Virus record (IMG/VR): IMGVR_UViG_2734482535_000008
Origin: a virus
Lineage: Duplodnaviria; Heunggongvirae; Uroviricota; Caudoviricetes
Strand: one strand, 5' to 3'
DNA length: 8,644 nt
Shown here: in pieces, positions 1 through 7,811 of the stretch
How the letters are laid out: every line of letters starts with the position of its first letter
Position numbering within the stretch: position 1 is the stretch's first letter
Notes under the pieces: model-generated
Told to the model about the DNA's origin: nothing
Seen by the model: only the letters and a program-made list of their open reading frames with translations
Databases searched by the model: none
Translations under genes and position numbers: made by a program

Positions 1-28
1 AGGGACAGCTGATAGAAACAGAAGCCAC
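1..28 (-). CDS. insA: IS1 InsA N-terminal fragment, 5' partial (GTG start at 28-26, continues past the window start)
   Basis: Minus-strand GTG GCT TCT GTT TCT ATC AGC TGT CCC translates V/M-A-S-V-S-I-S-C-P, matching the remembered InsA N-terminus MASVSISCPSC; GAGGTG lies 7 nt upstream. Confidence 0.6.
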
Positions 29-83
29 TGGAGCACCTCAAAAACACCATCATACACTAAATCAGTAAGTTGGCAGCATCACC
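1..83 (-). mobile_element. IS1 insertion sequence, terminal 83 bp including the left inverted repeat (window 61-83); element continues beyond the window start
   Basis: Reverse complement of 1-83 reads GGTGATGCTGCCAACTTACTGATTTAGTGTATGATGGTGTTTTTGAGGTGCTCCAGTGGCTTCTGTTTCTATCAGCTGTCCCT, which I recognise as the canonical IS1 left end (IRL GGTGATGCTGCCAACTTACTGAT followed by the insA start region). Recognised from memory, not from a search. Confidence 0.88.
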
Positions 84-98
84 TCATTCGTCTGTTCC

Positions 99-605
99 TT
101 AAATCTTCCAGGAAATTTCTGCATTGCCGTCAGCATCACCGGCACCTGTGAATTCAGCGTTGGTCAGCACCACGTTTTTGCCACTGACTGACGTGGACAT
201 GAATCCACCCAGCGGCACTTTGATGGATTCATCAGTGGAGACGACAACGTATACCGGATCGCCTTTTTTGATAGTGCTGGCATCAAAATCAGAACCGAGA
301 TTAACGGTCACGTAGCCACGCTTCATGGCGTCGCCCGGGAAGTTCTTGCCTGTTCCCACCTGGCGAACCATGTCCGGCTGCGACGTGGTCGGATAAGGGC
401 GCACGTAGATCCCCTTCACCTTGTCTGCGGTATCACCATCTGCCAGCGGCACGAAAAAACCGTCATCATCGTATTTACCAGCCAGGCCATAGGCAGCGAA
501 GGCGTTATCGGATTTAAGGACCACCGGTTCGACGGTTAAGTCCTGCGGGCGAGAGACAGCCCCGGCAATGCCAACAGGCATCCGGTACAGAAATACATTA
601 TTCAT
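99..605 (-). CDS. Phage head-module structural protein of unknown exact role, 168 aa (possible decoration/accessory capsid protein)
   Basis: Intact ORF with a GGG Shine-Dalgarno 7-9 nt before the ATG at 605. It starts 4 nt after the stop of the upstream scaffold-like gene and follows the terS-terL-portal-MuF-scaffold order. The Gly/Asp/Val-rich sequence looks beta-rich. IS1 begins 15 bp after its stop codon. Confidence 0.7.
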   Translation of the reverse strand: MNNVFLYRMPVGIAGAVSRPQDLTVEPVVLKSDNAFAAYGLAGKYDDDGFFVPLADGDTADKVKGIYVRPYPTTSQPDMVRQVGTGKNFPGDAMKRGYVTVNLGSDFDASTIKKGDPVYVVVSTDESIKVPLGGFMSTSVSGKNVVLTNAEFTGAGDADGNAEISWKI

Positions 606-608
606 TTT

Positions 609-1829
609 TTACCCTTTACGGTTTGCCCAGAATTCAGCGTTTTGTTTGTTCAGGGAAGCGATACTGGTCATGCCCATGTTTAGGCGCTGTGCATCGCCGG
701 TGGTGGCGCGGGTGTTTCGCCCTTTGGCAACCTCAGACACGGCATTAAACGCCATGTCGACCGATTGTTTCGGTAATTTGCGGATATCCGCATCACCGAC
801 TATCTGGCGAACCAGCGTTTTGTCAGCAGAAGCCAGAACCTCGCGTTTGAACGCGGTCGGTTTCATCTTACGGCTCAGATCGATACCCGGAACGATAACT
901 TCGGCACGCCAGGCTGAGTCACCAGTAATCGTGGTTTCCTCTTCATCGTCCTCGCCGTCACCGGTCGGATTATCGTCAGGCTTATTATCGTTATCGCCCG
1001 TGGCATTTCTTTCCAGCTTAGCCAGCAGGGCTTTCAGTAATGTTTTGAGGTCATCATCACTGTCGCCGGTTGGATCTCCGCCCATCTCTGGTGCTTTGTC
1101 CGGTAGTGGTTGCTGCGGGGACAGGTTGATGTTGAGATTAACGCCCTGCGGCAAATCCCCCTCATCTCCTGTAACCGATGCGGGAGCCGACTCCACCAGT
1201 TCGTTCATGGTGTCGGCATCTCCTGTCTTGATGGCCGCACGCATGCGGTTCCACCAGTTTTTCTTTTGATTTGCCATTGTGTCTCTGTCTCCAATTGCAC
1301 AACGATTTCCGGCTCTGCCTTTAGGGACAAGAGCCACATGGTTTCCGGTAATATCGACCTGCTCGGCTTTACCTGGCTCGGTCTGCTCGTACTCCGCGTC
1401 ATAGCCGCACGACACTTCGCGCAGGCCATCTTCGATAAGCTGAATGGCGCTTTCGTCTTTGACGATAAGGTCAGCCAGCATCAAATCAGACTGCTCACCC
1501 GTCCCGCGCCGGACATTCTGGAGGTGCCCGACAGCAAGCTCTTTCCAGTTCTCGGGATTTACCAGCCGCACATTCCCGTTTTCATCTTCAGGATGCAGGA
1601 TCGTGATGCTCATCCCTTCGAATGAGGCAAGCGTGGCCGGATGGAATACCTGCTCAGGAGAACGCGTGACGACTATTTCACCGAACTTATCGGGTTTCAG
1701 TTTTGGCAGGTCATCAGCACCATAGAGCTGCTTACCTGTTCGTCCTATCGGCACGTCTTTGCACAGCAACGAGCCGTCAGCCAGGCGGTATCGGGTTTCC
1801 CCGAGCCTGGTCTCAAAAAAGTATTTCAT
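609..1829 (-). CDS. Phage prohead scaffolding/protease-like protein (DUF2213-like), 406 aa, with an acidic low-complexity C-terminal half
   Basis: Intact 406-aa ORF in the position where head-assembly clusters carry scaffold/protease. The C-terminal half has Asp/Glu-rich and Thr/Gly/Asp-rich stretches (for example TGDNDNKPDDNPTGDGEDDEEETT) typical of scaffolding proteins. ATG at 1829 lies 4 nt after the head-morphogenesis stop. Family assignment is from memory. Confidence 0.75.
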   Translation of the reverse strand: MKYFFETRLGETRYRLADGSLLCKDVPIGRTGKQLYGADDLPKLKPDKFGEIVVTRSPEQVFHPATLASFEGMSITILHPEDENGNVRLVNPENWKELAVGHLQNVRRGTGEQSDLMLADLIVKDESAIQLIEDGLREVSCGYDAEYEQTEPGKAEQVDITGNHVALVPKGRAGNRCAIGDRDTMANQKKNWWNRMRAAIKTGDADTMNELVESAPASVTGDEGDLPQGVNLNINLSPQQPLPDKAPEMGGDPTGDSDDDLKTLLKALLAKLERNATGDNDNKPDDNPTGDGEDDEEETTITGDSAWRAEVIVPGIDLSRKMKPTAFKREVLASADKTLVRQIVGDADIRKLPKQSVDMAFNAVSEVAKGRNTRATTGDAQRLNMGMTSIASLNKQNAEFWANRKG

Positions 1830-1832
1830 GGG

Positions 1833-2615
1833 TTATGCTGCCCTTTTCATTGCGAATGGAACGCGAACAAACACGATCTCTTTATAGCAGCGGCAGTTTG
1901 GCAGCTCGCCCGCGTGGCCGGTCATGCCGTCCAAAGTTGGAGGTGAATCCCAGCGGACGAATTTACCTTTCATGTGATCGTGGGAATCTCGGACATCGCC
2001 ATCATCGGCTGTACGCCAAATATAACCATCCGAGCCAATAGCTATCGCTCGGGCCATATCCAGCGCGCCCGTTGCTCTTCCCAGTTCCGTTCGGGCAATC
2101 AGATCGGCCCTAGACTTAGCAACATCGCCGGTAGATGCAATCTCTTTAGCAAACTGCTCCGCCCGACCACCGGTGACAACAGCCTCTATCGCTTTGTTCT
2201 GGATGTCGTACACCCTGTCTGCGGCCTCGAGAGGCAGAGATTTGATGTACTTGACCTGTTCGGCGATGATGGATTGCATCACCTGGCCCACAGGAGCGCT
2301 TTCCACAAGATTGCGGAGCTCGCGACTGATGTTCTTGCTGTGTTGCCGCCAAACTTTCTCGTTCTGCCGGGTTAGGTCCGCAGTAAAGTTTTCCGCGACC
2401 TTTGTCGCCCAGGGGGTGATGATTTCACTGTAACGCTCCAGCGCCGCAATAATTTCCGTGATACTGTCATTTGAACCATCGTAGCGACCATTTACGATGT
2501 CTCCGACCGCCCTCGCTATCCTGCGTAGGCTGGTTCGATACCGGATTTCCGCCTGACGGCTCCTGCGGTTCGTCATCAGGTTCGCCGATGCCGGGCGGCG
2601 CTTCATCTTCGGCAT
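1833..2615 (-). CDS. Phage head morphogenesis protein (Mu gpF / SPP1 gp7 family minor head protein)
   Basis: 260-aa ORF located directly after the portal gene, as in the Mu gpF / SPP1 gp7 family; the sequence has the general look of that family, but I cannot name a specific conserved motif from memory. Start is ambiguous (ATG at 2615, 2606 or 2576); every candidate overlaps the portal 3' end by at least 110 nt. Confidence 0.78.
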   Translation of the reverse strand: MPKMKRRPASANLMTNRRSRQAEIRYRTSLRRIARAVGDIVNGRYDGSNDSITEIIAALERYSEIITPWATKVAENFTADLTRQNEKVWRQHSKNISRELRNLVESAPVGQVMQSIIAEQVKYIKSLPLEAADRVYDIQNKAIEAVVTGGRAEQFAKEIASTGDVAKSRADLIARTELGRATGALDMARAIAIGSDGYIWRTADDGDVRDSHDHMKGKFVRWDSPPTLDGMTGHAGELPNCRCYKEIVFVRVPFAMKRAA

Positions 2616-3549
2616 TCTCGATGTCCTCGTCGGTAATGGATGCCCCGATGCCGGTTACGTCAGAATTTTCTCGCAAATCAGTCATAGCGGCTTTCAGTGT
2701 CATCAGACCATCACCCAGCGCCGTACTGATTGCGTTGGTGGTGTTTAACGCCACCGTTGAGCGATCGACATCAGACATTTGCCAGAGCGGGTTAAACTCA
2801 AACGTGAAATCGTCCGGCAGCGGCTTGCCAAGTTCCGAACGATGCATGATGTCCAGTATCCGCCGCACCGGAAGACGTAAACGCCTCTCCTGCAACGAAC
2901 TGATGCGATCGTAATAGTTGGCAAGGTCTGCATCACCGGTAGAAAATCCTTTCGGGGACTGTCCGAACAACCGCACCAGTGGGATACCAACAGCGCCACT
3001 AATCTGTTCTACAAACTGCGAAAGGATGTCATCCAGACCACTGAAGCTGTACTGATGGGTTTCAAACTTATCCCGCGAGTCCATGAGCGTCATGCCTTCA
3101 TTACTCTGGAACTGTCGAATCAGGTCGATATTCTTCAGCAACGCTTCATACGCAGGACCACCAAGTGCGATAAGCTCGCGTAGCTTCTCCACGCTGTAGG
3201 TACGCAAATGCGCCTTGTAGACCAGCTGCGCCGCGCCGACAGTAGCGCTGTCGAACGCGGTAAGACGATCCCAGATACGCTCTACAACCGACATTCCCCA
3301 TTCGTTCTCGGTCATCTTCTGCTGAAATGGCAACGTGACGCCATCAAAGCGAATCAGGCGACTGTGATGAATGCGCCAGGCAGGAATTCCCGTTGCTGTG
3401 GTCACCACATCGTAAAACTCAGGTTTACCCAGGTCCGGCCCCATATCTTTAATGCGGCGGGTCAGTGCCGGGTCGACCATCCAGCGGTCGAGCGGGAGAA
3501 TCCCCTTAAACTTGCCCTTACCGATGGTTTCGGGTCGCAGCGGGGTCAT
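2467..3549 (-). CDS. Phage portal protein, intact C-terminal 360-codon ORF of an interrupted portal gene
   Basis: 360-aa ORF in the portal position immediately after terL. It is in the same reading frame as 383 nt of upstream coding-like sequence that reaches an ATG overlapping the terL stop (see the pseudogene feature). Acidic Pro/Glu/Asp-rich C-terminal tail. Confidence 0.7.
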   Translation of the reverse strand: MTPLRPETIGKGKFKGILPLDRWMVDPALTRRIKDMGPDLGKPEFYDVVTTATGIPAWRIHHSRLIRFDGVTLPFQQKMTENEWGMSVVERIWDRLTAFDSATVGAAQLVYKAHLRTYSVEKLRELIALGGPAYEALLKNIDLIRQFQSNEGMTLMDSRDKFETHQYSFSGLDDILSQFVEQISGAVGIPLVRLFGQSPKGFSTGDADLANYYDRISSLQERRLRLPVRRILDIMHRSELGKPLPDDFTFEFNPLWQMSDVDRSTVALNTTNAISTALGDGLMTLKAAMTDLRENSDVTGIGASITDEDIENAEDEAPPGIGEPDDEPQEPSGGNPVSNQPTQDSEGGRRHRKWSLRWFK

Positions 3550-3933
3550 TGGTGCCTACCCCTCAATCATGATGAAACCCACCGCGCCGCCGTAGAGGCG
3601 CGACCATTTCAGCACGTCATTCAGCGCATCCCAGATTTGCAACTCATCCAGTTGTGATTCGAGAATGCCACGATCTTTTGCATCAATTTCCGAAGTGATG
3701 CGAATGCCTTTGCGGGTCATATCATCCGGGATAGCATCGACTGCTTCGCCGATGATCTAGGATGAACGATAGGACCATTCCACCAGCATGCGGTTACGAC
3801 TGGTGAAATTAGCCCGGTAGGTGGATGCTGAGTGCTGGTTAGGTGTCTGCATCCCTACGCGGGCAATAAAATTCTCATAACCATCAGCTGTGGCCTGCAC
3901 AGTTCGCCGCAGGGCTTGTTTGTTTCGTGCCAT
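2467..3933 (-). pseudogene. Full-length portal reading frame (489 codons) interrupted by two in-frame TAG codons at 3759-3757 and 3558-3556
   Basis: My manual minus-strand translation from ATG 3933-3931 (overlapping the terL TGA as ATGA) gives MARNKQALRRTVQATADGYENFIARVGMQTPNQHSASTYRANFTSRNRMLVEWSYRSS*IIGEAVDAIPDDMTRKGIRITSEIDAKDRGILESQLDELQIWDALNDVLKWSRLYGGAVGFIMIEG*AP, then the MTPLRPETIGKG ORF, all in one frame. 489 codons is a normal portal size. Confidence 0.65.
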
Positions 3934-5363
3934 CAGGCCTGTCTCCCCAGCTGTTCCCAGATATCCAGCGATGTATCGATTGGCGCGAAGGCCATAATGA
4001 ATGCATCAGCAACGTTTGGTGACGGTATCTCGCGTTTTGCGAGGTCTTTTTTACTTTCGACCATCACACGTCCGTTACGGTCGAAATCACGATGAGGTGT
4101 TGTCAGTTCCAGTTTCAGCTTTTCAAGCAACGGACAACGAGAATCTATGCTGATCAGCTCATCCACAGGATACTGTTCTCCGTTGTTAATGGCGTTAAAC
4201 GTATTTCTGAAACGGTCAGCCACCAGCCACCATGCCTGAGCCTTAAGATTTGCGAAAAAGTCTTTGTTGGGGATGCCGTTGTACTCGTCATCTGGCTCAT
4301 GCACACCAGCACCGGCGTTAAACCTCTGGTAATTCACACGTCGCGCGTATGCGTTCTCGCTCTTCCGGTCAGCGTTAATTTCAGAGAATTTAGCACCGGC
4401 AGACGCACCAACACCGATAGAGTCGTAAACAATATCTGCTTCACGCTCCAGCGCCGCCTGATAAGTACGCTGGCAGCTCTTCAGTAATTCATCTTCTTTG
4501 GCCTTCCATTCGTCGGCCCAGAAAACAACGGATCCGTGACGGTAAACGTTAGCGCACTTATCTGTACCACTGTCAGCCACGTCAAAGCCAATACGCTTTC
4601 TTCCACTGGGTTCGAAATTTAACGTTTTGTGCGCATCCACTGCGGCTTCTATCCAAGACAGTTTGATGATTGCCGCATCATCATCAGACTCCGGAACGCC
4701 CTCATACACATGTTTAAAACCATCCGGATCACGGCGTCGCGCCGCGTCGATAACCTTAAGCATGGTGTCAGACAGAAACGGATTTTCGTCATAGTTAATT
4801 TTGCGGATGAGAGTGCCTTCGGGCGGATCAACAACGAAGTTGCGCCAGACGAAATCAGTAACAAGTCCGGGGTTGAATATGAACCAGCATTCCGAACCCT
4901 CTTTACGGATCGTTGGCTCCAGAATTTTCCACTGGTATTCCGTCAGTGCGTGGGCTTCTTCCAGCCACAACACATCGATCCCCTCCAGTGACTTAATTTC
5001 TTCGATGTTGCGCCATAATCCATAAAAAACAAATTCCGAGCCAGTAACCCGGTTAATGATTTTGTTGTTCAGAATACGGAAACGGTGCCGCAGACCAAAC
5101 CTGTCTATCTGAATTTTGAGCAGGGTATACACCGACTCTTCGATTTTATTCTGGATCTGACGGGCACAACAAAAACGCAGGGTGTATTTATTCGACAGAA
5201 ATATGGCAATGCCAGCGGCATCCCATGATTTTGACGATGACCGACCACCATAAAGCACTTTGTTACGTGCCCGCATAGTCCAGAAACTACGTAAAGCCGG
5301 ATTCAGCGTCGGTTTGGATGTCAGAGTAGAAGTCATTGAGGTCACGCTCTCCATTGCCATCAT
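3933..5363 (-). CDS. terL: Phage terminase large subunit (PBSX / Terminase_3-type ATPase-nuclease)
   Basis: N-terminal Walker A-like KVLYGGRSSSKSWD and a downstream LWLEEAH Walker B-like/DExx segment. The ORF is open to 5444, where the track used a TTG start. I prefer ATG 5363 (AGGT 5-8 nt upstream); ATG 5336, 5354 or 5375 are also possible. All overlap the terS 3' end. The stop overlaps the portal ATG. Confidence 0.88.
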   Translation of the reverse strand: MMAMESVTSMTSTLTSKPTLNPALRSFWTMRARNKVLYGGRSSSKSWDAAGIAIFLSNKYTLRFCCARQIQNKIEESVYTLLKIQIDRFGLRHRFRILNNKIINRVTGSEFVFYGLWRNIEEIKSLEGIDVLWLEEAHALTEYQWKILEPTIRKEGSECWFIFNPGLVTDFVWRNFVVDPPEGTLIRKINYDENPFLSDTMLKVIDAARRRDPDGFKHVYEGVPESDDDAAIIKLSWIEAAVDAHKTLNFEPSGRKRIGFDVADSGTDKCANVYRHGSVVFWADEWKAKEDELLKSCQRTYQAALEREADIVYDSIGVGASAGAKFSEINADRKSENAYARRVNYQRFNAGAGVHEPDDEYNGIPNKDFFANLKAQAWWLVADRFRNTFNAINNGEQYPVDELISIDSRCPLLEKLKLELTTPHRDFDRNGRVMVESKKDLAKREIPSPNVADAFIMAFAPIDTSLDIWEQLGRQA

Positions 5364-6051
5364 CAATACCTGCATCACGGCGAAGACGATCAGCCTCCAG
5401 AGACACCTTATCAGTGGCGGCCTTGCGGTAGGCTGTATCAGCAAATATTTTTCCTACCGTCGCAAGCGTGCCAACGATGGACTCAATACGAACTGTATTG
5501 CGCATCATTGCTTTCTCGGCGGCGCTGATATTTTCAATCAGCATCTTCCTTTCCTGGTCCCCATTAGCATCTTCCAGCGACACCAACCACCGACCAATAT
5601 TCTCTGCAGCGACAAGGTTGTTAGCACGAAGGCGAAATAATTCGTCCTCGAGCGTCAACGCTTTAGCGTCCTCTATCACCTCATCTTTGAGCAGAAGGCG
5701 ACGGGCATAACCACCGTGTTTTAATGCCTGCTGGTTACCGGGTTGGAATGGGTTAGTCGGGGGATCGGTACGCATTCCGCGTATCGGTTTCGTATCCGGT
5801 GTAGATTCTGTTTTTAGTTGCGTACTTTTTTGTGTAAGGCCAGTAATGGCAGGCTTTCTGCTGGTACGCACTTTCCTTTTTTGCGTACCATTTTTGCAAA
5901 CCTGCGTACCGCCACTGCGTGCCCAACCAAGCTTTTTGGCCCTCTTCCTGATAGCCCCTTCTGTAACGCCGTATTTCTCGCCTATATCACGGAGGCTAAG
6001 GACTCCGGCCCGGTATGCCGATTCGATGGCCTCCCAGTCCGGTTTTGCCAT
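5287..6051 (-). CDS. terS: Phage terminase small subunit with N-terminal helix-turn-helix DNA-binding domain
   Basis: N-terminus AIESAYRAGVLSLRDIGEKYGVTEGAIRKRAKKLGW is a typical terminase small-subunit HTH. It sits immediately upstream of and overlaps terL. AGGAAG Shine-Dalgarno 8 nt before the ATG at 6051. Confidence 0.82.
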   Translation of the reverse strand: MAKPDWEAIESAYRAGVLSLRDIGEKYGVTEGAIRKRAKKLGWARSGGTQVCKNGTQKRKVRTSRKPAITGLTQKSTQLKTESTPDTKPIRGMRTDPPTNPFQPGNQQALKHGGYARRLLLKDEVIEDAKALTLEDELFRLRANNLVAAENIGRWLVSLEDANGDQERKMLIENISAAEKAMMRNTVRIESIVGTLATVGKIFADTAYRKAATDKVSLEADRLRRDAGIDDGNGERDLNDFYSDIQTDAESGFT

Positions 6052-6248
6052 GATTATGCTTCCTGTGATTTACTGTTATCGCTGCCTGTCACAATAGGTT
6101 GCTTTAATTCTTCCTCATCACTCACTCCTGCGACGCTCCGTGGCAGGGCCCCCCACAGGAGTACCTTGTAAATGTAAGGTGTTTAAGCCTAAATTAAGTC
6201 GTATCACGGTTAAATAGCAAAGAAAAATTCACAGAAGGAAAGACATTG

Positions 6249-6758
6249 ATGGAGTGGATAAATGCTTTGATGAACTATTTTGTACTTCATCCATATCGCC
6301 TATGGGGGCTTCTTTTTATAATAGCGTTCACAAAATCCACTTTACTCATTTCGGCGATATTGCCACCAGCATCAATTATGATGGCCACTGTAATTACAGT
6401 CAGCAAGACGACTCTTTCACCATGGGAAGCTGGAATCACGGTCATGAGTGGCGCATGGTGCGGTACTATCGTTAATTACCATCTTGGTATAATAATTGGG
6501 CATATCCCTCAACTTGCATGTATAATATCAAGCCGTTCCAATACAATAGAACGGGTTCGCCTTCAGTTGCAAAATAACTCTGTGTCAATACTTTTCACTT
6601 CGCGCTTTATCGCCGTGCTGCGTTATATTGCTCCTTTGGTGGCAGGAATGTTGCAACTTCATCCAGTGAAAGTGTATACAGTGAGTCTGATTTCAGCTGC
6701 TAGCTGGTCAGCACTTTATGTTGGTAGTTTTAGCTTCGTGTTGCCTTTTTTTAGCTAA
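6249..6758 (+). CDS. AT-rich cargo gene: 169-aa multi-pass inner-membrane protein with DedA/VTT-domain-like motifs (YqaA-like small DedA)
   Basis: The only plus-strand gene, antisense to the phage late operon. AAGGAA Shine-Dalgarno 9 nt before ATG 6249 (the track's 6246 start is a TTG one codon earlier). Visibly lower GC than the flanking genes. About 5 hydrophobic segments. SRFIAVLRYIAPLVAGM resembles the DedA re-entrant motif G-R-F-x-x-x-R-x-x-x-P-x-x-AG, and ILPPASIMMATVITV resembles the N-terminal LPGDS region. Family assignment is my pattern match, not a search. Confidence 0.72.
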   Translation: MEWINALMNYFVLHPYRLWGLLFIIAFTKSTLLISAILPPASIMMATVITVSKTTLSPWEAGITVMSGAWCGTIVNYHLGIIIGHIPQLACIISSRSNTIERVRLQLQNNSVSILFTSRFIAVLRYIAPLVAGMLQLHPVKVYTVSLISAASWSALYVGSFSFVLPFFS

Positions 6759-6846
6759 ACTGCCCATAAAAAGCTCTTGCGAATCCAGCTTCCCCCATTC
6801 CTCTGACAACAGAATCTGATTTGAAGGATAATGAGTAAAATTACCG

Positions 6847-7317
6847 CTACCCCCCAAGGCATTGGATCCTGATGTACTCCTGAAGCATTCTCAATGCTGT
6901 CTGGTCGCTGATGATTCCGTCCCGGATACCGAGAACGTTTCGTCCAGCAACTGGAGAGAGTTCGACGGTGGCATCATTGCCCATGCCGGAGGCGCTGGAG
7001 GTTTCGGCTGAGGATGGCACAGGGCATTTTCCTTTGACGAACACCCGACCACCATTATCAAGCTTGCGCCGAAGAGCATCATTTTCAGCTTTCGCATCAG
7101 CTAACTCCTTCGTGTATTTAGCATCGAGTGCATCAGCATCACGCTGGCGCTGCTGCATGTCAGTAATGGTTGCGTTCGCCAGCTTCAGTTCTCTTGCGTT
7201 TTTGTCGCGCTGCTCTTTGTAGGTAATGGCGTTATCACGGTAATGATTAACAGCCCATGACAGGCGGACGATGATGCAGATAACCAGAGCGGAGATAATC
7301 GCGGTGACTCTGCTCAT
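6847..7317 (-). CDS. Rz: Rz i-spanin (inner-membrane spanin subunit)
   Basis: [54 protein letters not shown] is closely similar to lambda/P21 Rz: an N-terminal transmembrane segment followed by a coiled-coil. ATG 7317-7315 overlaps the endolysin TGA (ATGA). The track ORF starts 4 codons earlier at 7329. Confidence 0.88.
   Translation of the reverse strand: MSRVTAIISALVICIIVRLSWAVNHYRDNAITYKEQRDKNARELKLANATITDMQQRQRDADALDAKYTKELADAKAENDALRRKLDNGGRVFVKGKCPVPSSAETSSASGMGNDATVELSPVAGRNVLGIRDGIISDQTALRMLQEYIRIQCLGG
6891..7097 (-). CDS. Rz1: Rz1 o-spanin (outer-membrane lipoprotein), embedded in the +1 frame of Rz
   Basis: [23 protein letters not shown] has a signal peptide and VVGC lipobox followed by a Pro-rich [11 protein letters not shown] segment, as in lambda Rz1. 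Strong AAGGAG Shine-Dalgarno 7 nt before ATG 7097. Lies wholly inside Rz. Confidence 0.85.
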   Translation of the reverse strand: MRKLKMMLFGASLIMVVGCSSKENALCHPQPKPPAPPAWAMMPPSNSLQLLDETFSVSGTESSATRQH

Positions 7318-7811
7318 TGCTGCCCCCACAAACAGACTTCACGCTCAATCTCACGACGGGTCATCAGCCCTTTCCATTGCTTACCGCCAGCATATGTCCA
7401 GCGACATAGCTGGTCACATGCGCCTTTGATATAGCCCTGGTTTATTTTGCGAAGAAGCGTCGATGTTCTGAAATTGCCAGCGCCCACGTTGTAAACGAAC
7501 GAGTAAAGAGCGCCGCGCGTTGTTTCCGGTATATCGACTTTGATGTACGGGTTAATTTGTCTGGCGACAGTGGCAAGGTCTTTATTCAGGAGGGCTTTGC
7601 ATTCTGCTTCGGTATACGTTTTACCGAGCATGATGTCTTTTCCGGTGTGTCCGTGACATACAGTCCATACACCAATGATATCTTTGTATGGTATGTAGCT
7701 GACACCTTCCAGACCATCGTTACCACCTGGGCCAGTGATTAACACAGATGCTATAGCAACAGCCCCACCACCAATAGCAGCTGCAACAGCCTTGCGTAAT
7801 GATGGCGACAT
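7314..7811 (-). CDS. R: SAR endolysin (phage 21 R-type lysozyme, T4-lysozyme / GH24 fold with N-terminal signal-anchor-release domain)
   Basis: Near-identical to my memory of phage 21 R: Gly/Ala-rich SAR segment [20 protein letters not shown] followed by [25 protein letters not shown] carrying the Glu/Asp/Thr catalytic positions. ATG overlaps the holin stop (TAATG). Confidence 0.92.
   Translation of the reverse strand: MSPSLRKAVAAAIGGGAVAIASVLITGPGGNDGLEGVSYIPYKDIIGVWTVCHGHTGKDIMLGKTYTEAECKALLNKDLATVARQINPYIKVDIPETTRGALYSFVYNVGAGNFRTSTLLRKINQGYIKGACDQLCRWTYAGGKQWKGLMTRREIEREVCLWGQQ

Noticed and set aside
568-1269. 233-aa plus-strand ORF, Ser/Pro-rich
   Set aside because: It is fully antisense to the 406-aa scaffold-like gene, has low-complexity composition and no Shine-Dalgarno. 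It is the mirror image of the acidic repeat region on the coding strand.
3208-3657. 149-aa plus-strand ORF
   Set aside because: Antisense to the portal reading frame, which is clearly the coding strand; no ribosome-binding site.
3556-3759. Programmed amber read-through or stop-codon reassignment as the explanation for the two TAGs in the portal gene
   Set aside because: All other genes in the window end on ordinary stops including TAG (terS ends with TAG), and the element is IS-flanked and truncated. Pseudogenisation is far more parsimonious than recoding.
4092-5025. Several 70-130-aa ORFs on both strands inside the terL region (4092-4487 +, 4629-4991 +, 4649-4864 -, 4801-5025 +)
   Set aside because: All lie inside the well-supported terL coding sequence, antisense or out of frame, with no independent signals.
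6759-6846. Bidirectional terminator between the convergent cargo gene and Rz
   Set aside because: Only a weak 5-bp stem (AAGCT / AGCTT) with an 11-nt loop and no flanking T-tract.
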